From Aplysia californica (lineage: Eukaryota), in assembly GCF_000002075.1 (NCBI RefSeq), contig NW_004797290.1, forward strand, positions 2,322,123 to 2,386,122: a stretch of 64,000 nucleotides of DNA, in the 5' to 3' direction. A program made the translations under genes and the position numbers. Each line of letters starts with the position of its first letter. Positions within the stretch are counted from its first letter, which is position 1. Below the pieces are notes generated by a model. That model made no database searches. It was not told where the DNA came from and saw only the letters and a program-made list of their open reading frames with translations. Positions 12,604 through 25,400 of the stretch are shown piece by piece.

Positions 12604-13005
12604 GATGTGAAGCATCGTGGTGAAATCAGATGCTCGTCAAAATACTTATCAAGGATACACCAGCATTTCCTGCTGGTTTTGGCAATTTTGATATATTTTT
12701 TTGGTGCTCAAGTGAAACACCTTTTATGTTCGTTAAAGGACACATTTTTTGTGTGGATTTACTGAAAAACATTGATCAAAGGCACACACATGTATTTTGC
12801 AGTTTCCAAAGACTTTCAAACTACGGAAGGCACCACAAACTTTGGCATCCACTTCCTTGTTAATTTTTTTTACTGATGAAACAAAGCAACCCCCTGATCC
12901 TCTTTCATTCGCAAATATCTCAACTTCTAGGCCTATTCAAGATAGATGGGTATTTTTTTCATTGAAAGATGTTCAAATAAACAAAGATGATTTTATCAAA
13001 TTGTG
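12604..13005. mobile_element. Diverged member of the MITE family seen at 21734-22167
   Basis: tgtgaagcatcgtggtgaaatcagatgctcgtcaaaat, tgtgtggattt..tgaaaa..ttgat.aaaggcaca and ttcgca.atatctcaactt are shared with it. Confidence 0.6.
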
Positions 13006-13253
13006 CCTAAATGGTAGCTTTCTCCCATCCATGAAGAACTACTTTTGGCTGACCTGAAATGTTTCAAATGGGCAAAACTTAACTGCAATGGATATTATTA
13101 GATGGGTAGAAATCTTTTTACAGGTTTTTATTATTTGTTGATTTCCTATGTCTTTATAGAACAGAATATCTTCATACTCTTTGAAGTCCAGTAAAGTTTG
13201 TTTTTTTCTGTTTACAACCCCATTCTTTTTCAGGAAGGTCTAGAGGCTTGAAG

Positions 13254-13415
13254 ATGACAGGTTGTGTTGGGCTTTTGACACTGCTTTGCTTATTACTTGT
13301 GTCAGAGTCTGATTCAAGACGTTTCGATTTTGAGGCAGGAGCCTCGATCTCTTTCGATAACAGGCCTGGACTTGGACGTCTGTTTGATGGAATTGGAGGA
13401 TTAAGTGGTGGAGGG
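13254..13415 (+). CDS. GALC: GALC coding exon 1 (signal peptide, [21 protein letters not shown]...[11 protein letters not shown])
   Basis: ATG at 13254. An acceptor ttttcag ending at 13233 implies an upstream non-coding exon. Donor gtaggc at 13416, phase 0. Confidence 0.92.
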
Positions 13416-16400
13416 GTAGGCATTTTTTTAAACCTCTAAATTATTCCTTTCTTTAATAGATTTTTTTCCTTTTATTTTAGAAAAGTCTTGTTACAGCCAC
13501 TCTTTTGGCTCTGATTTGAAATGAATATTATGTGAAATAAATATGGGTTCAAATTAAACATTTATTAGTTTACTATAGCTACTGCTTAGCAACTAGGGTG
13601 TGTTTTTCATAACGTTTTATTCCTCTATGTATGTGCTTTAACTGTACCTAATATTATATACCTGTGTGTTAATTTATTTTGCCGTAGGCCCTATCAATTT
13701 ACAATGTGCCTTTGATGACTCATCTGTTTTCATGTCCAATATGAAATTCCTCCAGCGAGTTCACATTTCCATGTTTTTATCTAGGCAACATCCAAACTGC
13801 TTGTCAACTACCCAGCTAAGGAGCGCGACCAGATCTTAGACTACCTCTTTAAGGTAGGCTAATTTGTTGAATGTCATCTAGGTTATCATATATTTTGGTA
13901 TTTCGATAGACTGTGATGGTTAGGCCTTACCTTTGTAAGATTATGAAAACAGGGAATCCGTAAGTTGTAGTTAAAAAAAATTAATCAGAAAGTTTGTAAT
14001 CCTATAGATCTAGATCTAGTAGCATTTAAAATTCTCTTACTTCCAAAATTTATGGTTTTTTTGCCAGCAGTTGCATAAAAAACAGGTATTGCTTTTGATG
14101 AAGAAGTAGATCTGTTAGCTCTTATAAAACTTTTTTGTTTCATTTAGCATTTCGTAGTTTGGTGTGCACTTTGACTTATTGAAAGTTTCTTTATGTATTG
14201 CTCTTTCCTGTACTTGTGTATCAGCGGTAGCGTCATTTCTACTCTGATAATCATTAATAGTTGAGTCACTAGAATTAAGGGTCTGGTCATTACAGTCAAC
14301 AAGATTATGACGTCTTGAAAGCGCACAAGGGAAGATTAGTTTGGGAGGGGGAGGGAGGGGGGGGGGGGGTAATACAGAAAGTTTGAGGTATTGTGCCTTT
14401 GTTCTGGATTTCGACGAGAAGAACTTTCCCTTGTGTGTCAGAAATAAAATAAATTCACATTGAACTTGTGAGCTTGTTACTTGTATCTGTGGAAAAGATA
14501 GCCTCAGTTGATATTGCACATTTTGAAAGATGAACCCCAAAATCCTATTACAGTCGAACCTGCCATGACGGCTACCTGTATAATACGGCCACCTGTACAA
14601 ATGGCCACTTTCCATTTCCCCCTGGCGTTTTTCTGTATAATTTAATGGTGTAAAACGGTCACCTGTCCAACTTGGCCGCTGTCACCTTATTTTATCAACC
14701 CACGGTCAAATTTACCTGCCTCAGGTGGCCAGGCATGGTCACTCGTCGCCCAACGCTTTGTCATCAATTTTGAATCGGCCCCTCACGCTGTGGACGGGCC
14801 GTCATAATTCATCCACCTGTCGCTATTGTTAGTCCCGCCAATGAATGACTACCTAAGTTGACCAATGGGTAGGCCTAACGATAATTTTCAACTGCTGGTG
14901 AGGGTAGCGTGATCTGTCATAACCTATAAGCCGCGCCCACAACTCATGCAGCACACAAATCGTGTGTCAGGTGACTGGTCACTGTTTTGTTTACCTAATC
15001 TGTAACAAAGTTACAATGGATGTTGATGTGAACTTGTGATAGTAGTGTCGCTCTTTTACCGAGTGGTGGTGACCCATGTGTTTGTTTTACCATGGTGCTT
15101 GGTCTTCACCGTCTTACTTACATAACATTTCATTTATTTTACCCCTGCACAAAATCAGCAACAAAAAGAAAGCTAACCAAAAAACAAACCAACAAAACTA
15201 CGACAACAAAAACCCTTCTTACACCACCCCCTCCTCTTTTTCAAAAGAAAACAAAACCCCTTTTGAATTAACCTTACAGCAGTCCAAAGATCAGCCCTGG
15301 TTTGGACCTCAGAAGAGAATGGTTTGCTTTCTTCATTTTGATCTGTCCTGCCTAAGACAGCCGCTTTTGCTATACGGCCACTTTTTTCCTTGACAATGGG
15401 TGGCCGTTTTATACAGGTTTGACTGTATATATATGTGCATTTCACACTCTATTGTTGCTCTTTGATGTATTGAAGTAGTTGTGACAAGAAGGAGAACTTA
15501 TGTATATTTTCCCTTACTTATCTGTTAAATTTCTTTAAGAAAAGGAGTAATTAACATACCTTTTTGTTGATTGGCATGCATATTATCTAATTCTGCAGCC
15601 AAATTTTGGAGCTTCCCTGCAGATTCTTAAAGTGGAAATAGGAGGAGATGCCGAAAGCACTGGTAAGTATTTTTAAACTCCTGTTTTTTTATAGTAAAGT
15701 TTACTCATCTAAATGTTGAAGGAAAGTTATAAAAAGTTGTATTTTCCATTATGACATTATTTAAAAATTAATTGCAAAATTTCTGTAGTGATTATGAAAT
15801 TTGAGAAAAAATCTTGTTGAATGGGGAGGGTAATTATTTTATTATTTAAAAAAACAACACTTATATATATCGGTATATGGAATTTGGAAGAAAGTAAGTC
15901 TTTCCTTTGATGAAATTATAGAACATGCTTCTTATTGTTGATCTTAGCTTTTTTTTTGGTGGTAATCTCAGAGACTTGTTTTAAATCAGGTCATGCCTGG
16001 TTGTTGTATTGAGGATAGGCTACTTGGATGCTTCAATCATAACTTTTTTTCGCAAAGCCATTGAAACTTCTCTCACCACTTGATTTTACAAGGCAGAGAG
16101 AATGACTTGTTTGACCAGCATACACTGTAGAATATTGTTTTATAATATGTATTTGCAATATTTCAATGTTTCAGATGGCACCGAAGCCTCTCATATGCAT
16201 AACAGCTGGGATGAAAATTACCAACGAGGTTATGAGTGGTGGCTGATGAAAGAAGCTAAAAAAGTATGTCTGTATGTTATATGATTTCAATATAGGATTG
16301 TTAGTAACCCTACTCCTACCAATACTTTTTATGCAGATCTCATTTAATTCTTATTCAGTTCTGTTTGGTTAAAAACATAGAGCTTCAGAACCCAAAGCCG

Positions 16401-19400
16401 CAGTGCTTTTTTATATCTATGTTCCTGAGTTTACCACAACTGTGCGAAGTTAAAAAAAAAAAATCCCCAATGAAAGATCGTTTATTCAAACTTACAGCCT
16501 CCATCTTTGTGTGCTTTAAACAGATGATGTACTGAAGAAGTTTTCTCAAGTCTTTTTACTCTTTCCTGGAAAATTTAGGATCAAGCAGAAATTGAAAGTA
16601 CTGGTATTTTAAAACTGTATTTTTCACACCCAACGGTCATTAAGATACGTGTAATTCTGGAAAATGAATTAATCTTCTGTTTTACAATTACTCTGTTCTT
16701 TTGGTAATATGATTGCAAGATGCAGCAAAGTGACTTGCATTAAAGGTATTTCTTTTTATGGTATAGACTGTTTTGTGTAAGACTCCGCCGTGTATGCCAT
16801 TTTGAAAAGTGATGTATCACAGAGTCTTACCCTGATCGAGTAGTCATTGATATGCATTAATCTCCTGTGGGGGGTGGGGGGTGGGGGGCTCTTGTGGCGT
16901 AGAGGTTAAAGTGTTCACCTCTCATGCAATAGGTCCCAGGTGGGATCAGGATAGCGTGGGAAATTTTTCTTCTCTAAAACTGTCTCCTTTCACCTGCTTT
17001 CCTGCTCCCGAGCAATGTTCTGTTGTCTGTTTTCGTCTCCACTTTCTGCCCCCACCCCCTCACCTCCTTTGCCCCCTCCTCTCGGCTCCTGACTCTTTCT
17101 GCAGCCTTTCTCAGACTGCTGCTCCTTGGCCCCTTACTGCTGTCTTTCAGCCACACCCCTGATCTTATGGTAGGAAAGATTTACACCTAGCCTACTCGGA
17201 CAAAGGGGAAAAATCTCGGAGGCCCTGTGTGCAAGTTGAGCGCTTTAAAGATCCCTTGGTTGTCCAAAATTGATAACAGTATGCTTCGGCCAACACCCCA
17301 GCAAAATTAAAAATTTCCCACCAAATGAAAATGTTTTATGTATCCTGTGCATTCATATAACCTTATGCAGTTGCTAGCACTGTAAAACAATTACCCATAA
17401 AATTATAAAATCTCTCCTGTTATTTTCCTTGAACAGAGAAATCCAGATATAAAACTGTATGCGTTACCGTGGGGTTTTCCTGGCTGGATTGGACAAGGCC
17501 ATAGATCTCCTTGGACCAATGTCAATGTCACTGCAGATTACATCGTCAGATGGATCAATGGAGCTAAAGTTCACCATGACCTGAATATTGACTTTGTTGG
17601 GGTGAGTGTTGTGGTCACTTCCTTTTTTATTGTCGTTGTTGCTTTTTTGTTGTTGTATTGTTGAGTTTCTTATCTGTTAAGTTAATAAGGGTGCCACTTT
17701 ACCAGTTACTTCAGGAATTCTAAACATTTATGGATGGTTCTCATAAAGTTTTTTTTGGTTCTTTGGGGGGGGGGGGGGGGTGATTCTGTGTCCTGCTTCA
17801 TTAAAAAAAAATAATTTATCATTAAGGCAATCCAGTAAGTGCTGGAATTTTGCTAGGCATTAAAGTGGCTCCCCAAAATGAGCTGTTTCCCTGAGTCAGT
17901 ATTTCATAAGCATAGTTTGCAAATCATGTCTATTTGTTCTTTTTTTCTCAGCAGCTGAATTTTGTGATTTCATTCTAGATCAATTATGGCCAATGTATGG
18001 ATTTATAGGATGAGTTGATTTCTTGTTGTTGAGCTCTGCTGATCCTTTAACAGCGCTTTGGCTATTTCAGAGACAAGATTTGAGTCCCAGTCTTGTGTGC
18101 TTCTGCCTAAGTAGCGGTACCTCTCGTAAATTGTGCCGTCCTGCTCAGTTCATCTGTCGGCCTTTATAGCTTCTCCTGTAGTGTCAGTGGGGTTGGCCAC
18201 ATTTCCTGTCTCAGGGCCCTGTGTCCTGTAATGCTGAAGGATGTGTTCCACTGTTTGGTCCACCTCTCCACATAGGCTCTCTGTTATAGACTATAGTCAC
18301 ACTATTTTTTTTTCTGTTCTAATTCATAAGAGTCATGTTTAATTGAGATGTGAATGAACTTACAAACTGTTTATTGTGTATATTTGTGTAACAAAGATGT
18401 ACATCATCTCTGTAGTGAGAAAAATATAGAACTCTGTTTACCCCTGCTTTACAGGGTGAGACAAAAACTTAGGAGTCGCTCATTTTTCTTGCGACAGCGA
18501 TGGAAAATATAGTCTTTTTCATTTTAAGATGCAACATAAGGCCTATGGATAATGTTAAGTTTGTATAATTTTTCTTTTCTTTGCCTATTCTAGATTTGGA
18601 ATGAACGCATGTACTCTGTGGACTATATAAAGGTACGGTATTTTCTTGTTTGCAAGTTCTGAAAAATTTGTAACATTGGTTTAATACAAGAATTATCAGT
18701 CTTAAGATGTAATGTTTATCGAGTTTTGTTATATATCATCACAATCATTCAAGATTGTAGTATGGTAAATTTTTGAACAAAATGAAAGAAAATCAAGAAT
18801 GTTGTAGAGTTTGATGAGGTGCATTGTTTGGTACTAGTCTCAGTCTTCTTCTTAAAATAGCAATAGCTTAACTTAACATGAATTAAACAATTATGTATTA
18901 ACATACATAAGGTCATGCTTGAAATAAAACAGTTTTCTGCTTCTCTAGATTTTTAAAAATATGACAGTGATGAATGATGGGGATGATATGTAATTTTGAT
19001 TTAAAGGGACTATTGAAAAAATTTGCTTTGCAGGCCTGTGGCCAAAAAATAGTACTTTGATCTCTCAGTTTGTCTTCCTCAAGAGTTTTATACACACTTT
19101 GGTAAATAAGGCATAATTATTTGTTGGTGATGTGTCTTGTCTAAAAGCTTTTTGGTTTTGTTTTGTGAAGTGTTTTACGGCGCTCGCAACTGCATAAGGT
19201 CATATGAACGCGCGGGACAATCCTAATATTTTCGGTTGGTAGGAAATTTTGAATTTTGCCTGGGTGGCGGCCGAAGCCTACTCTTATTGATTTTAAACCA
19301 CCAAGGGATCTTTAACATGCGCATCTTGCACACGGGCCCTCCGAGATTTTTCGCCCTTGTCCGAGAAGGCTAGGTGTAGATCTTTCCTACCAGAAGATCA

Positions 19401-22400
19401 GGGGTGTGGCAGAAAGACAGCAGTAAGGAGGAGCCAAGGAGTAGCAGCAGAAAGGCTGCAGAAAGAGTCAGGAGCTCAGAGGAGGGGGTAAAGGAGGTGA
19501 GGGGTGGGGGCAGAAAGTGGAAATGAAAGCAGACAACAGAACATTGCTAGAGAGCAGGAAAGGAGGTGAAAGGAGACAATTTTAGAGAAGAAAATTTTTC
19601 AGTCGCTACCTGGATTCGAACCCGGGACCTTTGAGTGAGAGGCCAACACCTTAACCTCTAGGCCCCGAGAGCCCCCAAGCTTTTTGGTTTATTGAACTTC
19701 TTGGTTAGACATGGTAAAGAATGACCCTGTTTCTGCGGGGCTTGCAGACTATCACCTAATGTTGCACCTGTGCAAGCAGTTCCAACAACGGCAATAGTAA
19801 TGGAAAATATAGCATGGTAGTCAACATTAGTGGTTGGACTTATAATCGATGATGATCTTGTTTTTCCTCAGAGATTGCGATCTATGTTAGACGAACGTGG
19901 ATATCAGAAGACACTCATCATTGCTGCTGATGTTAAGTGGGAAATTGCAAAGGACATTGAGTCGGATGTCGCCTTGAGGAAAGCTGTACATGCTATAGGG
20001 TACACATAATGTTTGTTAATATTTATTGATATTATTGTTTGCTATACGTCTAGTGACTTGACAAGGACCTCTTCAATTTTACGGTGTTGAGTGTCTTAGA
20101 CTCATAAGGCTTGGAGGTGCATAAGTAGTCAATATGTGGGTTTCATACATACACATTTTATTCTTTCATGTTTGTTTATCTTTTTGACTGTACCTGAAGA
20201 NNNNNNNNNNNNNNNNNNNNNNNNNNNNNNNNNNNNNNNNNNNNNNNNNNNNNNNNNNNNNNNNNNNNNNNNNNNNNNNNNNNNNNNNNNNNNNNNNNNN
20301 NNNNNNNNNNNNNNNNNNNNNNNNNNNNNNNNNNNNNNNNNNNNNNNNNNNNNNNNNNNNNNATAGTCACTGGATGGACATACAAAATAATGTTATTTTT
20401 GCACATTTGACAATGACTAACAGAATATCTCATATATATATATATATATATATAGATGACCGTATCTGGTACATGTTTTCTATTTTCAGATGTCACTATC
20501 CCGGAACGAAGTCCAGTGCCACTGCTGTGTCCTCAGGGAAGCAGCTGTGGTCCTCCGAGGACTATAGCACCTTTAATGATGAAGTTGGTGGTGGCTGCTG
20601 GGCAAGGGTAATAATACCCCGCCGTCCGTCAACCCTGATTGTGTTCTTTGATTTCACATACACTCTAGCAAACACGTAGCAAAATCATTGGGATGCGGAT
20701 ATCTTTTCATGATGTAGACATTTCTTTGTGTACATGTTTTAAATATGAAGAATATGCGTGTTTTAGAAATTTTTTTAGACCTGAATACTTGTTTGCCATG
20801 TATGTGTTTCGCTATGTGTGTGTTTGCTAGGCTGTATATATAAACCAATACCGGTGCCTACAAACCGCTCACCTATGTTTGAATTGACCCATTTTATGAG
20901 AGTTTTGTATGAGTAGGGTCTCCATTAATTAAGTTGTAAGACTGACAGTGGTACTTTTGTGGATTTGATAGTTGGCATAGCCAAGTGAATGGTGTATTCT
21001 TAGGCCAAGTACAGTCGAAATAGTCAAAGACTGCCACCCATTGTTGAGTTTCTTTTAGTGTTTTTCACACTACTGATCCTGAGATGGATGTGGTTCAGTA
21101 CCTTTTCACCTCAGGTGATGCAAGGAAACCCCCCAAAAACGGAGGAGGTCACATGCATACATTGTGGTATGCCGATGGTATCTTGGCAGTTAAATATTGA
21201 AGAACAGCAGGTCTTCCCAGGCTGGCTGCTTGTGTAAAATTCTTTATTCCTTCTCAAAATGGTAAAAACTCTGGTCAGTTTGAATAAGAGTGAGTTTCAC
21301 TACTGGATGAAGAAAGATACTGTTTACTTTTCAAAGATCTATTTGGGGAATGAGGAAGGAGAAGAGAATGAACCTGATGGAAAATGAAAACCTCGCTTAA
21401 AATATTTTATTTTAGACCCTGTGGTGCTTGTAAATCTCAAAAGTGAATTTTTTTGTGGTTATAATTACGATTACAAATGACTTTTTGTCTGCAACTTAGA
21501 CTGTTACATCTTTCTGTTTCAGATCCTAAATCAAAATTACGTGAATGGGCACATGACAGCGTAAGTGTCAGTATAGGTTCATAGGCGTTTTGAACTTTTC
21601 TAGCACGCACATTGGAAAATTGATGTGACCCAAAAATCTTTTGTAAATTACAAAGTTTTCTATGTAGATCTATGTATTTTACATACGAAGAATATCAATG
21701 TACAGGAAAAAGTTCAGGATTTGAAAATCTATTTGTGAGGCCGCACGTTGGAATCAGGCTCTCGTCAAAATAATCAAAGTGAAGAAACTTGAATTTTTCC
21801 GCAGGTTTGTGAATTTTTATCACATTTTTGTTTTTTGGCTCAACACCTTTCAAGCCAATTAAAGAACTCATTTCTGTGTGGATTTTTCTGAAAAGCGTTG
21901 ATTAAAGGCACAAAATGTAAATTTTCAGTAACTATGGACTATTAAGCTAAGGAAATAACTAATCTTTGGAGGCCATTTTCTCACTAATTTTACCTCTGAA
22001 AAAAGGTGACCCCCACTCCTTCTTTCGCATATATCTCAACTTATATTCAAGATAAATGAATATTTTAAAAATCCAAATAAAGACAAGTGAACAAGTTTTA
22101 AGATGACTCCAATAACTCTACATGCCCAAAAATTGACGAGAGCCTGATTCCACCACGCTGCCTCACATTTGCTTTGTGTGTGTTCCTCTTGTATGTGTTT
22201 CACTATGTGCGTGTTTTGAGATGTGTGTGTTCACTTTGTATGTGTTAGATTGCATGTGTTTGCATTCTTGAGGCAGACTCAAACTTAAGTTTGAATTCTT
22301 ATGTAGACACTGCCCACACCTGTCTGAAATACAACCCACATTCTCTCTGCAAGCTTCTAGAAAAGAAACTCTTTTCCACAGCATCGACATCATGTTTACA

Positions 22401-25400
22401 CCCTTTACTGACCCCTGGACTGGTGAAACCTTTCCTGTTTATACTCTTTCACAACAATGACTGCCCATTTTTTCAACTTCCTACGAACAAAGCAACCTTC
22501 TAATGTTCACATTATTGTGTGCCTAATGGAAGTAAAAGTATTTATTAGTAAATTCTGACTTCTTTCTCGGGCTCTTAGAGACTTTCGTTACTAAAATGAA
22601 CACAAGGCAACAGCTTAATGTCTCAGTTGAAGAAATGAAGAAATTTAGAATGAGGAGCAAGATGTATGCCCAGCAGTTTTAGATGGGTTGAATGCTAGCT
22701 CTGCATTAAAATTTTTGGTAGTATTGTTCGGGTTGAACAGGATAGGGTGAAGGTAGACAGGAACTGTCATCAAGCTGGCTTCGGCTGAAAAGAATGAATG
22801 ACATTGCAGCATGAGATAACAACAGCAGCATGTTCTTGGATTTAAAAATATTTAGCTATACTTTGTGTCACTGTAACTGTCGGTGGGATTTGTGAGTTTT
22901 TTTAGAACAAATAGAACGACTTAAATTTTCTGAAACATAGTCAACAATTTGAAGACATTGTAATTTGTCCCTTCAGAAACCTAGTCAACAATTTGAAGAC
23001 ATAGTAGTTTGTCTTTTGAAAAGGCTACTGTTGAGTAACAAGAGTGTCTATTTGGAAATGAATAATTGTTGCCCAGGAAGGATGCCAGTCAGACCGCACC
23101 CTCACCCATGTTTTATCTCCAACCACCAAGGAAAATGACCTTGTCTTGTGCATAGTTGATTTGTTGATTTGTTGGGAGTCCTAATGGTTTTATTCCCAAA
23201 CCTTTCCATTATAAGCAGCGTCAGTAGGCCTGCACCATGAAATTGTCAACTATTATTTCCGACATAGCTGTATTAATTTGTAACTGTAGTAGAATCACTT
23301 TACGTTTGACTCTCAGTCAAAGCATGGGTTATTTCTTAAAGGTGATTTAGTTATCATTAATGTTTCTCACTAATTTAGTTTTAAATAGGTAAGATAAGTA
23401 AGACAAATTAATGTGTCTAACGATGGATGTTTGCTGGGCACTCTGATTTAGTTTCTTTTTAGTCGCACTATTGTCTTGATACTGCTAGTTGCAACATGTT
23501 ATTTGAAAAAATGCTAACTTACCTATAATTACAATTTAACGTGTCCCACTGAAGCCATGAATTTTTCACTCCTGTATCATCTCTGTTTGCAGTACCATAT
23601 CCTGGAATCTGATAGCAAGCTACTACAAGGGTCTGCCATACTATAGGGATGGTTTGATGACTGCTGTGGAGCCCTGGTCTGGACACTACGAGGTGGAAAC
23701 GCCAATCTGGATTTCAGGTTAGTATTCATGGTCAATGGAAACCTGAAGATTCCTCAGTATTGGGAAAAGACAGAAGGTTGTTGAAATGCATTTGAACAAA
23801 TAAAGAAAAGATACTGAGAAAATTGTGGACAGAAAGGGAAATAAATTGGACATCCAGAATGATAATCAGTCAAAAAGAGGTCAGAACTTTTTCTTGGACA
23901 TCTGTTAAATCACAAAAGGTTTAAATCTCACAGCATTGACATGAAAGTTTAAAGAGAGACTAGTAGAAAATTGTGCTATTATTACTGTCATATGTATAAA
24001 CTTTTTAGGTGTACATAAAAAAAGATACATTTTCTTCATTCCAAAGAGATTATATCCCTTCTCAGACTGCTCATTTAGCTGGAATATAAATGCAGGCATA
24101 GAGGGGCTGCTAAATGTGCAACAAATGTAATGGATTTCCTTTTTTTGTTCTCCAAAATTTCGTTATGCAGCCCACACCACCCAGTTTTCCAGCATTGGTT
24201 GGAAGTATCTGAGCCACGGACATGGTGTTGGTCACTTGCCAAAAGGCGGGTCCTATGTCAGCCTGACTGATCCAGCGGTGAAGCAGCTCACTATCGTTAT
24301 AGAGACCATGGTAAGGCAAGAGCCAGAAAAGGTGTATGATTTTCATGTATAAGAATTGTTTTTCAGCTCAAGAACCAATTTTTATTACGAGTGATTTGTT
24401 CTTTATCCCTTGAGCATAAAACCATAAAATGCTTTGTTTTTAGCCAGTTGGGAGGGTAATTAATTGTGTTCTACTCATTTCTTGTTGGTTGGAATTATTT
24501 ATTTTGGGGAAAATTTATGCGTCTGTGATTCTGTATTAGTGTATTTCAGTACTAATTTCAATTTGGTGTGATATTTGTTTCTCCAGACTCATGATCATTC
24601 AAAGTGTATCCGTCCTGCCCTGCCCAAATACAGTGTGGCTCCTCAGAATGTGACTATAGTCTTAGCGGGAAATTTTGTAAGTGAACAAACTGACTCTATG
24701 TAGATCTGGTGTGTTTATTTTATAGTTTTTGTCTATTTTGATATTGCTATGATAATTTTTTGTTCTTTTGTTACGATTTTATTAGGCAGTTAACTGCATA
24801 TCTTTCCTTTTGTTGAGAGAAAACTTCTTTTCCCTCTATTTACTGTCTGCATTTCTAAGTTAATGTGCAAGTCAACTGCATCGACCATATAAAAGCAACC
24901 AGTGCAGATACCATAAATGAGAGATGTCGTGATGACTGTAATCACATGATTATTTGCTTGTTTGTTTACATAGTAAGGTTATATTTTCATACCTTCAGCT
25001 GGTATCAGAAGGCAAACATGATCCAACACCATGTTTAGGTTTTATTGGTGTATTTTAGAAGCTGAAGGAATGTCTTCATTAGCAGTCAAAATGCAAATAC
25101 GTAACTGAAGTAAAGAGATAGGTCAAGACAATTTTTAATCTGTCTGTTTGAGGGTGAGTTTTTCCTGAAGCTAACCATGTTGTGTTGTAGTTGGCTGTTA
25201 ATGCTTTACATCCAAACCGACACTATGTAGATAATTTATTTGTGGTCTGCTTTAACTCTGTCTATGATGGCCTACTTCGGCTGTTGGGGAAACGTCTCTT
25301 TAGAAAGATGGACATATCCAATAAAATTAAAATATGAAATAAAAATAAACTGCGTTTTATTGATCCCGGTGGGGAAAGTTGAATTATAATGGCAAACATA

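Noticed and set aside
13172-13423. 83-aa minus-strand ORF, and similar ones at 24110-24346, 44402-44650 and 55198-55392
   Set aside because: These are antisense shadows of real GALC exons.
14115-15445. ORFs of 166, 105 and 90 aa in intron 2, repeated in copy 2
   Set aside because: They overlap a MITE and low-complexity tracts with no recognisable protein. Their recurrence is due to the duplication.
19600-19676. tRNA-like sequence with a perfect B box (also near 16884, 33320, 46000, 51530, 54970 and 59690)
   Set aside because: There is no paired acceptor stem, and each continues into a repeated SINE body, some with TSDs. These are SINE heads, not tRNA genes.
20201-20362. 162-N run repeated at the same length at 33916-34077
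   Set aside because: It is masked or gap sequence carried in both copies and its content is not visible. Exons 7 and 8 join in frame, so no missing exon is needed.
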